64,000 bases of DNA from the NCBI GenBank assembly GCA_038323615.1, contig JBBQHC010000002.1:5015-69014 (forward strand), given 5' to 3'. Below, piece after piece: positions 26,105 through 34,964 of this stretch. The notes beneath the pieces were generated by a model that saw only the letters and a list, made by a program, of their open reading frames with translations, was not told the origin of the DNA and did not search any database. The stretch comes from Rhodobacterales bacterium (GTDB lineage: Bacteria > Pseudomonadota > Alphaproteobacteria > Rhodobacterales > Rhodobacteraceae). How positions within the stretch are numbered: the stretch's first letter is position 1; each line of letters begins with the position of its first letter. A program made the position numbers and the translations under genes.

Positions 26105-27718
26105 TCAGGCCTCCAGCACGGTCGTCTTGTCCGTCTCCAGATAGACAAACCCACGCGCGGGCAGTCTCAGGACCGTGCCGTCGATCATCGCCGCCTGCGG
26201 CCCGGTGGGTTGCGCCTTGCCCGCAATGGTCAGGGATTGCGGATGATCCGACAGGTTGAACACCGCCGTCAGGGCGTGCCCCTTGTGGCTGCGCACGATC
26301 CCCAGCAGTGGGTCGGGCAGGTCGAGAAACCGGGTCTCGCCAAGGCGCAGGGCATCTTGGGCGCGGCGGAACGCAATGGTTTCGCGGTAGCTGTGCAGGA
26401 CGGAATCGTTCGCCGCCTCTTGCGTCGCGACGGCGCGGGCGGCTTGGGGCGGCTTGATCGGCAGCCAGGGCGTGCCGGAGGTGAACCCGGCGTTGGGCTG
26501 ATCGGCGTCCCAGACCATCGGGGTGCGGCAGCCGTCGCGCCCTTTGTAATCGGGCCAGAACGCGATGTTGGCCTTGTCCTGCAATTCGTCGAACAGGATG
26601 TCGGTCTGGGTCTGCCCGACTTCTTCGCCCTGATAGATGCCAAGCGTCCCCGGAAAACTGCACAGCAGCGCGATCGCTTGTTTGGCGACTGCATCGGGGT
26701 CGCCGCCACCTTGGGTCCAGCGGGTGACATGGCGTTCAACGTCGTGGTTCGAAAACGACCAGCAGGGCCAGCCATCGGGGGCGACGTTCAGGAATGTCTC
26801 GATACAGGACCGGAAATGGTGCGGCGTGTGGTCGTGGCTGAGCATCGCAAACGAATAGGCCATGTGCAGGTGGCTCTCTCCAGCGGTATACTCGCCCATG
26901 ATCTCGACCTGTCGCTGGCCCATTTCCCCGACCTCGCCCACCATCATCCGGGCGTCGAATTGGTCGGTCAGGGTACGAAACCGCGCCAAGATGTCCAGAT
27001 TTTCGGGCTGGGTTTTGGAAGACAGGTGGTTCTGCGCCTCGTAGGGATTGCCCGGAAAGGTCGTCCAGTCGCCCGCCGGATTGTCGGGCAGACTGGCGTC
27101 GTGGACGTAGAAATTCACCGTATCCAGCCGGAACCCGTCGACCCCCCGGTCGAGCCAGAACCGCATTGCATCCAGCAGAGCATCGACGGCGGCGGGGCAA
27201 TGAAAGTTGATGTCGGGCTGTTCGGTCAGAAAGTTGTGCAGGTAGTATTGCCGACGGCGCGGGTCGAACATCCACGCCGAACCACCGAACACTGACAGCC
27301 AGTTGTTGGGCGGGCTGCCGTCTGCCTTTGGGTCGGCCCAGACGTACCAGTCGGCCTTGGCGTTTTGGCGGTCGGCGCGGCTTTCGATGAACCAGGGATG
27401 TTGATCGGACGAATGCGACAGCACCTGATCGATGATGACCTTGAGGCCAAGATCATGCGCCTTGGCGATCAGTGCATCGAAACCAGCTATATCGCCGTAG
27501 ATCGGGCTGACCCCGGTGTAGTCACTCACGTCATAACCCATGTCGCGGTCGGGCGAGGTAAAGAACGGTGACAGCCAGATCGCATCGACACCCAGGCTGG
27601 CCACATGATCGAGCCGCCGCACGATCCCGGCCAGATCGCCCATGCCGTTGCCATAACTGTCCTGAAACGACCGGGGATAGATCTGGTAAATCACTGCATC
27701 CCGCCACCATTCACGCAT
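26105..27718 (-). CDS. alpha-glucosidase (GH13)
   Basis: WWRDAVIYQIYPRSF, GVDAIWLSPFF, DGFRLDTVNF, and the catalytic regions of oligo-1,6-glucosidase-type GH13 enzymes. Confidence 0.9.
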   Translation of the reverse strand: MREWWRDAVIYQIYPRSFQDSYGNGMGDLAGIVRRLDHVASLGVDAIWLSPFFTSPDRDMGYDVSDYTGVSPIYGDIAGFDALIAKAHDLGLKVIIDQVLSHSSDQHPWFIESRADRQNAKADWYVWADPKADGSPPNNWLSVFGGSAWMFDPRRRQYYLHNFLTEQPDINFHCPAAVDALLDAMRFWLDRGVDGFRLDTVNFYVHDASLPDNPAGDWTTFPGNPYEAQNHLSSKTQPENLDILARFRTLTDQFDARMMVGEVGEMGQRQVEIMGEYTAGESHLHMAYSFAMLSHDHTPHHFRSCIETFLNVAPDGWPCWSFSNHDVERHVTRWTQGGGDPDAVAKQAIALLCSFPGTLGIYQGEEVGQTQTDILFDELQDKANIAFWPDYKGRDGCRTPMVWDADQPNAGFTSGTPWLPIKPPQAARAVATQEAANDSVLHSYRETIAFRRAQDALRLGETRFLDLPDPLLGIVRSHKGHALTAVFNLSDHPQSLTIAGKAQPTGPQAAMIDGTVLRLPARGFVYLETDKTTVLEA

Positions 27719-27995
27719 CGGCCCGTCCTTTTCCCTGTCGATTCGCTGCTTCTAGCAACATTGGCGGGGGGCAGGAACCGTTGCCTGACCGCGGGTCACG
27801 CAGCGGTCGCGAGGCTGCGCGGATTGGAGGCGGAAAGGCGATCGGGGCGGCGGGGCTGGGTAAACAGTGCGCGTTCGTACGGACGGTTGCCCGGGCCTTC
27901 AACTTTCGGTTCAGGGGCTGGACGGCCTCTGCCGCTGCACTAGACTTCCGGCAGGCTTGGCCACCTTGGCGTGAGCCTGATCGGGGAGCGAATCG

Positions 27996-28457
27996 ATGAA
28001 AATCCTGGGACTTGTCGCCGCCATGACTGCGTTGGCTGCGCCGGCCTTTGCCGAAGGTGACGCAGCAAACGGCGAATCCGTGTTTGGGCGCCAGTGCGTC
28101 GCCTGTCACGTGGTGCAGAATGATGCGGGCGACCTGCTTGCCGGCCGCAATGCAAAGGTCGGGCCGAACCTGTTTGGCGTGATCGGCCGCCAACCCGGCA
28201 CCTACCCCGATTTCAAGTATGGCGCGGACATGATCGCCTACGGCGAAACCGGCGTTGTCTGGGGTGAGGAAAACTTTGTCAAATATGTCCAGAACCCGAC
28301 CGCTTTTCTGCGCGAAGTGCTGAATAACCCCCGCGCCCGAGCCAAGATGGCTTTCCAGTTGCGCAACGAACAGGACGCAATGGACGTTTATGCCTTCCTC
28401 GCTACCTTTGCGACCGAAGGCGGCACCCCCACCGAACCGGCGCCCGCCAGTAATTAG
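27996..28457 (+). CDS. cycA: cytochrome c2-type monohaem cytochrome
   Basis: Signal peptide, the CVACH haem site, and GPNLFGVIGR and KMAF motifs of class I cytochrome c2/c550. Confidence 0.85.
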   Translation: MKILGLVAAMTALAAPAFAEGDAANGESVFGRQCVACHVVQNDAGDLLAGRNAKVGPNLFGVIGRQPGTYPDFKYGADMIAYGETGVVWGEENFVKYVQNPTAFLREVLNNPRARAKMAFQLRNEQDAMDVYAFLATFATEGGTPTEPAPASN

Positions 28458-28479
28458 GCCGCCCACGCTTGAAAATTCG

Positions 28480-28514
28480 GGCCGCGCATCAGGGATGATG
28501 CCGCGGCCTTTTCG
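28480..28514 (+). terminator. intrinsic terminator after the cytochrome gene
   Basis: GGCCGCGCATC...GATGCCGCGGCC stem with one bulge, followed by TTTTCGTT. Confidence 0.65.
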
Positions 28515-28546
28515 TTGCCAGTTGCGGCTTGCCTTGCCCCTGCCTA

Positions 28547-28648
28547 TAGCTTTTCGGGTTCAACCTGAAACATCCGGTGCCGGATTTCGCATTCGAGCGA
28601 AGCGAGAGGCAGCGAATATCCGATTCATGTTTAACCCGAAAAGCTTAA
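28547..28648. repeat. ~100-nt palindromic element, copy A (core AAGCGAGAGGCAGCGAAT)
   Basis: Terminal inverted repeats AGCTTTTCGGGTT.../...AACCCGAAAAGCT enclose a second imperfect hairpin. The 18-nt core is identical at 45181-45198. Confidence 0.7.
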
Positions 28649-28676
28649 TTGGTGGGATCAAACCGGGAGTAGTGCG

Positions 28677-29408
28677 ATGGGACGATTGGAAGGCAAGACC
28701 TGCCTGGTGACGGCAGCCGGGCAGGGGATCGGTCGGGCGTCTGTCATTGCGATGCAGGCCGAAGGGGCAAAGGTATTCGCCACCGACGTCGATGCGGCCA
28801 AGCTGGCGGATTTGCCGGGTGTCGAGGCTTTCGCGCTTGACGTGACCGACGACGCATCAGTGGCGGCGGCGCTGGCTAGGGTCGGGGAGCCCGACGTGTT
28901 GTTCAACTGCGCGGGCTATGTGGCGCATGGCACGATCCTGGATTGCGACCCCAAGGACTGGGATTTCAGCATGACCCTGAATGTCACCGCGATGTTTCGA
29001 ATGATTCGGGCGTTCCTGCCGGGGATGATTGCGAATGGCGGCGGGTCGATCATCAACATGGCGTCGGTCGTGTCGTCCATTGTCGCGATCCCCAATCGGT
29101 TCGCCTATGGCACATCCAAGGCCGCCGTGATCGGGTTGACCAAATCGGTCGCCGCCGATTTCATTACCCAAGGTATCCGCTGCAACGCGATCTGTCCGGG
29201 GACAGTGGAAAGCCCCTCGCTCGAAGGGCGGTTGCAGTCCACCGGCGACTATGACGCGGCGCGCAAGGCTTTCATCGCCCGACAGCCGATGGGCCGGATT
29301 GGTCGGCCCGAGGAGATCGCTGCGCTGGTCGTCTATCTGGCGTCGGACGAAAGCAAGTACACCACCGGGGTCGCGCATGTGATCGACGGTGGGTTGGCGA
29401 ATGTATAG
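28677..29408 (+). CDS. SDR family oxidoreductase
   Basis: TAAGQGIG cofactor motif, the YGTSK catalytic motif, and PGTV. Confidence 0.85.
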   Translation: MGRLEGKTCLVTAAGQGIGRASVIAMQAEGAKVFATDVDAAKLADLPGVEAFALDVTDDASVAAALARVGEPDVLFNCAGYVAHGTILDCDPKDWDFSMTLNVTAMFRMIRAFLPGMIANGGGSIINMASVVSSIVAIPNRFAYGTSKAAVIGLTKSVAADFITQGIRCNAICPGTVESPSLEGRLQSTGDYDAARKAFIARQPMGRIGRPEEIAALVVYLASDESKYTTGVAHVIDGGLANV

Positions 29409-29419
29409 GGGATAATCAT

Positions 29420-30265
29420 ATGAAACTGCTGCGTTTTGGCCCGCTGGGGCAGGAAAAACCGGGGCTTTTGGCCGATGACGGTACGATGCGCGATCTGTCG
29501 GGCGTCGTTGCCGATATCGGCGGCGATGTGCTGTCGGATGCGGGGCTGGCGGCGCTGCGCAAGGTCGATCCCGCGACCCTGCCGGTGGTGCCCGAGGGCA
29601 CCCGTTTGGGGGCTTGCGTCGCGGGCACCGGCAAAATGATCTGTATCGGGCTCAACTACTCCGACCATGCCGCCGAGACGGGGATGAAGGTGCCGCCGGA
29701 GCCGATCATTTTCATGAAGGCAACCAGCGCTATCTGCGGACCAGATGACCCGATCATCATCCCGCGCGGGTCCCAAAAGACCGATTGGGAGGTCGAGCTG
29801 GCCGTCATCATCGGCACCCGTGCCAAATACGTCACCAAGGCCGATGCGCTGAAGCATGTCGCGGGCTATGCCGTGACTAACGACGTGTCCGAACGGGCGT
29901 TTCAGACCGAGCGGTCGGGGCAGTGGACCAAGGGCAAATCCTGCGACAACTTTGGTCAGTTGGGGCCGGTTCTGGTGACCCGCGACGGGGTGCCAGATCC
30001 GCAGGATCTGGCGATGTGGCTGACGGTGAACGGGGTGAAAAGGCAGGACGGATCGACCCGCACGATGGTTTTCGGCGTGGCGCATCTGGTCAGCTACCTA
30101 AGCCAGTTCATGACCCTGCATCCGGGCGACGTGATTTCCACCGGCACCCCTCCGGGTGTTGGCATGGGGCAAAAACCGCAGGTGTTTCTAAAGCCCGGCG
30201 ACGTTGTCGAACTTGGGATCGCCGGGTTGGGCCAACAGCGGCAGAATGTGATCGCCGACACCTAA
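29420..30265 (+). CDS. fumarylacetoacetate hydrolase (FAH) family protein
   Basis: CIGLNYSDHA, WEVELAVIIG, GTPPGVG. Confidence 0.85.
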   Translation: MKLLRFGPLGQEKPGLLADDGTMRDLSGVVADIGGDVLSDAGLAALRKVDPATLPVVPEGTRLGACVAGTGKMICIGLNYSDHAAETGMKVPPEPIIFMKATSAICGPDDPIIIPRGSQKTDWEVELAVIIGTRAKYVTKADALKHVAGYAVTNDVSERAFQTERSGQWTKGKSCDNFGQLGPVLVTRDGVPDPQDLAMWLTVNGVKRQDGSTRTMVFGVAHLVSYLSQFMTLHPGDVISTGTPPGVGMGQKPQVFLKPGDVVELGIAGLGQQRQNVIADT

Positions 30266-31203
30266 GTCCAGAAAAACCGGGTAAGGTGATAAAAGACGGG
30301 CGCGGCGAAAACGACTGAATCGAGTTGATCAACAAATCCGCCCTGACCGGGGATCAGGTGCGACCAGTCCTTGACACCGCGATCCCGCTTGATCGCGGCA
30401 AAGACAATATTGCCGCCCATGCCGACCAGCGACGCCGCCCCCGCCATCGCCATCGCGGGCAGGATGCCAAAAGGCGTCAGCCAGGCCAGCGCGGCCCCGA
30501 TCAGCATCGCCGATCCGACGCCACAGATCATCCCTTCGAGGGTTTTCGGTGACAGGCCGTGCGCGATCCTAGTGCGCCCAATCCGGCGGCCAAAGAAGTA
30601 TTCGAGCAGGTCGCCGCATTGCACGACGATGACAAGGAACGGGATGAGAAGGATCGCCCGGTCGCCGTAGCCCGGGACGTCGAGCGTCATCAGCGCCGGC
30701 ACATGGCTGACGCAAAAGACGGTGATCATCAGCGCCCATTGGGTTTCAGCGACCCGGATCAGGAACCGATGCGCATCGCCGCGCAGGGCCGAGACGATGG
30801 GCAGCAGCAGGAAGGCATAGACCGGGATAAAGACGGTCAGCAGGCCGCTCCACCCCATGCCGACAAAGAGGTATTGCAGCGGCAGGACGACGAAGAACGC
30901 CAGTGCCAGCGACAGGTGATCGGCCCGGACCTTGGTCGTGAGCGTCAGAAATTCCCGCAGGGCGGCAAAGGATGCGAAGCCGAACAGCAGCACGACGCCA
31001 AAGCGCCCGATGATCAGCGCCAGCGACAGCAGTATGACCATGCCCCACCAGCTTTGAACCCGCAGCATATAGGTTTCGAGGACCGGGTTGACGGTGTCGA
31101 CGGGTTGGCGGGCGCGGACGAATTCGCCAAAAAACGTCAGCACCAGCAGGATGCCGCAACCGGCCAGCGACAACAGGATCAGGTCGAGGGTGGTTTCGCT
31201 CAT
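30262..31203 (-). CDS. phosphatidate cytidylyltransferase family protein (CdsA paralogue with variant signature)
   Basis: Polytopic membrane protein whose C-terminal signature is KRDRGVKDWSHLIPGQGGFVDQLDS, versus the canonical K-x-x-x-x-KD...PGHGG..DR.DS. Confidence 0.75.
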   Translation of the reverse strand: MSETTLDLILLSLAGCGILLVLTFFGEFVRARQPVDTVNPVLETYMLRVQSWWGMVILLSLALIIGRFGVVLLFGFASFAALREFLTLTTKVRADHLSLALAFFVVLPLQYLFVGMGWSGLLTVFIPVYAFLLLPIVSALRGDAHRFLIRVAETQWALMITVFCVSHVPALMTLDVPGYGDRAILLIPFLVIVVQCGDLLEYFFGRRIGRTRIAHGLSPKTLEGMICGVGSAMLIGAALAWLTPFGILPAMAMAGAASLVGMGGNIVFAAIKRDRGVKDWSHLIPGQGGFVDQLDSVVFAAPVFYHLTRFFWT

Positions 31204-31844
31204 GACGCCACCGATGGCGCGAGGGCGGCGAGGGATGCACTGGCGCGGGCCAGAAACGCATCTTTGGTTTCGTCAGTGTTGACCTTTATCGGGGGCCCGA
31301 AGGTCACGGTGCAGATCAACGGCAGCGGGATCACCTCGCCCTTGGGCATGATGGTGTTGAGGTTGGCGATCCATGTCGGCACCAGATCGACACCGGGGCG
31401 GGCCTTGCCGATGTTGTAGATGCCGGCCTTGAACGGCAGTAGCAGGTCGTCGCCCATGTTGCGCTTGCCTTCGGGGAAAATGATCAGCGATGACCCGTCG
31501 TCGATGGCGGCGATGATCTTTTCCATCGGGTTGTCATTTACCTCGGGGCGGCGATCAATCAGCACCGCCTTGAAAATGTCGCGCCCGGCAAAGGCGCGCA
31601 GGCGGCCGGTCAGCCAGTAATCGGCGGCGGCGACGGGCCTTGTCTGGCGGCGCAGGGCGGGCGGCAGGACTGACCAGATCATCGGCATATCGCCGTTGCT
31701 GGTGTGGTTGGCGAAATAGACGCGCTGGCGCGGCACAGGTTCGATGCCTTGCCAGTCGGCCCGCACAGCGGTGATGAAACCGGCAAACAGCCGGATCGCC
31801 TGTCCGGCGATTTCGGCTGCGACATTGGTGAGAAAGCGGTTCAT
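31200..31844 (-). CDS. lysophospholipid (1-acylglycerol-3-phosphate-type) acyltransferase family protein
   Basis: NHTSNGD (H-x4-D) and FPEGKR motifs. Start set at ATG 31844 (214 aa). Its stop overlaps the downstream cdsA-like start (ATGA). Confidence 0.75.
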   Translation of the reverse strand: MNRFLTNVAAEIAGQAIRLFAGFITAVRADWQGIEPVPRQRVYFANHTSNGDMPMIWSVLPPALRRQTRPVAAADYWLTGRLRAFAGRDIFKAVLIDRRPEVNDNPMEKIIAAIDDGSSLIIFPEGKRNMGDDLLLPFKAGIYNIGKARPGVDLVPTWIANLNTIMPKGEVIPLPLICTVTFGPPIKVNTDETKDAFLARASASLAALAPSVAS

Positions 31845-31873
31845 GGATTTACCCTGACGTGGCGGCGCGGCTT

Positions 31874-31914
31874 TGAAAAGGGGATGCCCCGCCCGTTTGT
31901 GGGGCAGGGCATCC
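31874..31914 (-). terminator. intrinsic terminator after yiaAB
   Basis: On the minus strand, GGATGCCCTGCCC...GGGCGGGGCATCC stem followed by CCTTTTC. Confidence 0.55.
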
Positions 31915-31920
31915 GGGGTC

Positions 31921-32205
31921 TTAGTTTTTGTCGACGTATTCAGAGAGCATCCGCTCGTTGCGGGCCTCCTCAAGCCGCTGGATGCGGTCTTCGGACAGGC
32001 GGTCGTCAAAGCGGTATTTGACGAAATTGACCAGCGCCATACAGAGCATCAGGACGCCGATGGCCCAGTAGCCTTTGGTCGACAGCGGCACGTCGGGGGA
32101 CATGTAAAGCGAGGCGGCCAGCATGAACAAGGCGACGATCACGCCGACGAGGTTGAACAGCATGATGACGGCATTATCGGAACGGGTGGGGTTCATTTTT
32201 ATCAT
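31921..32205 (-). CDS. YiaA/YiaB-type small inner-membrane protein
   Basis: Two hydrophobic helices (IMLFNLVGVIVALFMLAASLY; GYWAIGVLMLCMALVNF) and a charged C-tail. The likely true start is the second ATG at 32196, 8 nt after AAAGGA. Confidence 0.7.
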   Translation of the reverse strand: MIKMNPTRSDNAVIMLFNLVGVIVALFMLAASLYMSPDVPLSTKGYWAIGVLMLCMALVNFVKYRFDDRLSEDRIQRLEEARNERMLSEYVDKN

Positions 32206-32223
32206 CCTTTGATGGGGTTGAGG

Positions 32224-32904
32224 TTAGTGTTGTTTGGCTTTCAGCCGGGCCAGCACATCGTTGGCTGTGGTCCGGGTCGCGGTGCCGAAACCCTGATCCG
32301 ACATGCGGTCGGCAAGGCTGTCGTGGGTCAGGTCGCGGTCGATGTCGCGCAGGATTTCCGACTGTTCGAACGGGTCGTCGCGGCCAAGGACGCGGGCGAT
32401 CAGCTCTTCGGCCTCTTCGACCGAGGCTGACCCGCGATTGGTGGAATTCAGACGCACCTGAATATCCTGTTCGCGGCGCACCGCGCGGGCCTGAATCGCG
32501 CCTTGTTTCAGGTCGATGATCCGGCGATGCCCAGCTTCGATCGAGGTGCGCAGGCGCATCACCTTGTGGTCCAGCCGGGCAAGGGTTTCGGCCCTTATCG
32601 CCGCCTCGTTTTCCATCTGCGCGATGGCGCGGGCGGCCTCGGTCGTCATGTCTGCACGGTCGTTGTCCAGCGCATCCTGGGCGCGGGCCAGCATGTCGGC
32701 GATGCGCGAATCCAGCGCCTGTTTCTGCCGCTCTTCGCTGCGCTGCCTTTGGATCAGGCTGGCCAGCGTCGCCTTGGCGGCCTTGAGGCTGGCGTCGGCT
32801 TCGCGGATCTTCTGGTCGATCAGTTCGATGGCAAAGGCGTCGCGCACACGGTCTTCGGCGCGGGCATTGGCTCCGGTGATCAGGGTCGCAAGGGTCTTGA
32901 ACAT
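32224..32904 (-). CDS. pspA: PspA/IM30 family protein
   Basis: 226 aa starting at ATG 32904, after AAAGGAA. N-terminus MFKTLATLITGANARAED...IELIDQKIREA, followed by long coiled-coil heptads typical of PspA/Vipp1. Confidence 0.85.
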   Translation of the reverse strand: MFKTLATLITGANARAEDRVRDAFAIELIDQKIREADASLKAAKATLASLIQRQRSEERQKQALDSRIADMLARAQDALDNDRADMTTEAARAIAQMENEAAIRAETLARLDHKVMRLRTSIEAGHRRIIDLKQGAIQARAVRREQDIQVRLNSTNRGSASVEEAEELIARVLGRDDPFEQSEILRDIDRDLTHDSLADRMSDQGFGTATRTTANDVLARLKAKQH

Positions 32905-32919
32905 CGTCGGTTCCTTTCG

Positions 32920-32989
32920 TGAACACTGTTCATGAATTGCATATAGCAAGTCAGTGAACGTCGTTCAAGATAAAAATGAACGACGTTCA
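32920..32989 (-). promoter_or_regulatory. pspA promoter with three TGAAC-N3-GTTCA operators
   Basis: Palindromes at 32920-32932, 32955-32967 and 32977-32989. On the minus strand, TTGAAC (32968-32963)-N17-TATATG (32945-32940) forms a sigma-70-like promoter. One operator overlaps the -35 and one lies downstream of the -10. Confidence 0.55.
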
Positions 32990-33592
32990 GGAAACCGATT
33001 GTTTCTGGGTCAGTTGTCGCAGCAGCAGGCCGATCATCCGGTCGATCTGTTCAGCAGGGACGCCGGAACTGGCGCGATCCAACCCCAGCAGGACAATGCC
33101 GTGAACCGATGAAAACAGCGCACGGGTCATCAGCGCCCGGTCGTTGACCGCCATTTGGGGAAAGATTACCGCCAGCGGCGCGTCGATATAGGCCAGCAGG
33201 CGGGCCATGTCGCGCAGATACCAGTCGGGCGCGTCCTGCCCGGCAGGGCGGTCCACATCGAACAGCGCCCGCCAGACGTTGTGATTGTCGGTGGCAAAGC
33301 GGTGATAGCCGCCCGACATGGCGACCAATTGTTCAACCGGGTCCATCGGCGCCTCGGCGAGGGCCTCGCTCACCGTTGCGCCCAGACGTTCAAAGGTGCG
33401 GGCGTTGACCGCCAGCACAAGGTCGGTCAGGTCGCCAAAGACGTTGTAGATCGCCCCGACAGCGCAGCCCGCCTGCGCCGCAAGGTCACGCGCCCGCAGG
33501 GCAGGCAGCCCTTCGGCGGTGATCGTCGCCTCGGCGATGTCGATGAGTTTTTCACGCAGCGCCTTGCGACGCTTTTCGACGATGCCGGCCAT
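32987..33592 (-). CDS. TetR/AcrR family transcriptional regulator
   Basis: N-terminal HTH (LRARDLAAQAGCAVGAIYNVFGDLTDL), 201 aa. Confidence 0.9.
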   Translation of the reverse strand: MAGIVEKRRKALREKLIDIAEATITAEGLPALRARDLAAQAGCAVGAIYNVFGDLTDLVLAVNARTFERLGATVSEALAEAPMDPVEQLVAMSGGYHRFATDNHNVWRALFDVDRPAGQDAPDWYLRDMARLLAYIDAPLAVIFPQMAVNDRALMTRALFSSVHGIVLLGLDRASSGVPAEQIDRMIGLLLRQLTQKQSVS

Positions 33593-33603
33593 TGGATCCT
33601 CCT

Positions 33604-33616
33604 TGAACGTAGTTCA
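33604..33616 (-). promoter_or_regulatory. fourth TGAAC-N3-GTTCA operator, upstream of tetR
   Basis: On the minus strand TGAACTACGTTCA sits directly before the AGGAGG Shine-Dalgarno of tetR, implying autoregulation. Confidence 0.5.
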
Positions 33617-33654
33617 TGAATAGACCGCGCAGGCGGCAATTGAAACCCCCCCCG

Positions 33655-34881
33655 CTAGGCCTTGATCGGCGCACCGCCCGCAAAGTTGTTGGCGTCATGA
33701 TAGCTGATCGGCGCTTCCTGCATCTGCAAATGCAACCCGGTGTCGGTCAGCGGATGGGCGCGGGCCAACGCCTCGTCGAAATCAATGCCAAGGCCCGGTC
33801 CGGTCGGCAGTTCGATATATCCACCCTCGACCCGGATCGTGTTCTTGATCAGGGCGCTGTGGAACGGCGTCTCGATGGTTTCGGCCATCAGGATGTTGGG
33901 GATGCTGGCGGCAAGTTGGATATTCGCCGCCCATTCGACGGGACCGGCATAAAGATGCGGGGCCATCTGGGCGTTGTAGGTCTCCGCCAGCGCCGCAATC
34001 TTCTTGCCCTCCCAGATGCCCCCGGACCGCCCAAGTGCCGGTTGCAGGATGCTGACGCCGTGACGCAGCACTTCGGCGAATTCGGCCTTGGTCGTCAGCC
34101 GCTCGCCCGTCGCCACGGGGATCCGCACCGCAGCCGCGACCCGCGCCAAATCGGCGGGATTGTCGGGCGGCACGGGTTCCTCAAACCACAGCGGGCTGTA
34201 GGGTTCCAGCGCCTGCCCCAGCCGGATCGCGCCGCCGGTGGAAAACTGCCCGTGGGTGCCGAACAGGATGTCGGCCCGGTCGCCCACTGCCTGGCGCACC
34301 GCCTTGCAGAACGCGACCGACAGGGAAATGTCGGACAGCGCGGGCATGTGGCCGCCGCGGATCGTATAGGGTCCGGCGGGGTCGAATTTCACTGCCGTAT
34401 AGCCCTTGTCCACCATCGCCAGCGCCGCCTCGGCGGCCATGTCGGGGCTGGCCCAGAAATCGGGCAGGGCGTGGCCCTTTTGCGGATAAAGATAGGTATA
34501 GGCCCGCACCCGGTCGTTCATCCGGCCGCCGATCAGGGCATGCACCGGGCGGTCGCGATCCTTGCCCAGAATGTCCCAGCAGGCGATCTCAAGGCCACTC
34601 CACGCTCCCATCACCGTCAGATCGGGGCGCTGGGTGAACCCGGCGGAATAGACCCGGCGGAACATCAGCTCGATATTCTCGGGATTCTCGCCAGCCATAT
34701 GGCGTTCAAAAACGTCGCGGATGACGGCCTTCATCGCCTCTGGCCCGACGCTGGAGGCATAACATTCGCCATACCCAACGACGCCGGTGTCGGTCGTCAC
34801 CTTGGGGATGATCCAGTACCGCCCGCCCCAGCCGGGAGCCGGGGGCGAGGTGATGATGACATCGAGATCGGCGAGTTTCAT
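33655..34881 (-). CDS. enolase-superfamily protein (mandelate racemase/muconate lactonizing family; sugar-acid dehydratase-like)
   Basis: 408 aa with the family hallmarks (GYGECY, LEIACWDILGK, WFEEP, VATGERL). Confidence 0.85.
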   Translation of the reverse strand: MKLADLDVIITSPPAPGWGGRYWIIPKVTTDTGVVGYGECYASSVGPEAMKAVIRDVFERHMAGENPENIELMFRRVYSAGFTQRPDLTVMGAWSGLEIACWDILGKDRDRPVHALIGGRMNDRVRAYTYLYPQKGHALPDFWASPDMAAEAALAMVDKGYTAVKFDPAGPYTIRGGHMPALSDISLSVAFCKAVRQAVGDRADILFGTHGQFSTGGAIRLGQALEPYSPLWFEEPVPPDNPADLARVAAAVRIPVATGERLTTKAEFAEVLRHGVSILQPALGRSGGIWEGKKIAALAETYNAQMAPHLYAGPVEWAANIQLAASIPNILMAETIETPFHSALIKNTIRVEGGYIELPTGPGLGIDFDEALARAHPLTDTGLHLQMQEAPISYHDANNFAGGAPIKA

Positions 34882-34902
34882 GGCAGCGACCTTTTCTTAC
34901 AA

Positions 34903-34964
34903 CTTCTTTTGGCCAAAATTATCCCGGGGGGCGGCCCGGTACAGGACGGGGGGCAGCACCCCCC
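34903..34964. repeat. mosaic intergenic element, copy 4 (reverse orientation)
   Basis: CTTCTTTTGGCCAAAATTATCCCGGGG is the reverse complement of the AT-rich block. It is followed by the GGGGGGCAGCACCCCCC hairpin (34948-34964). Confidence 0.75.
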
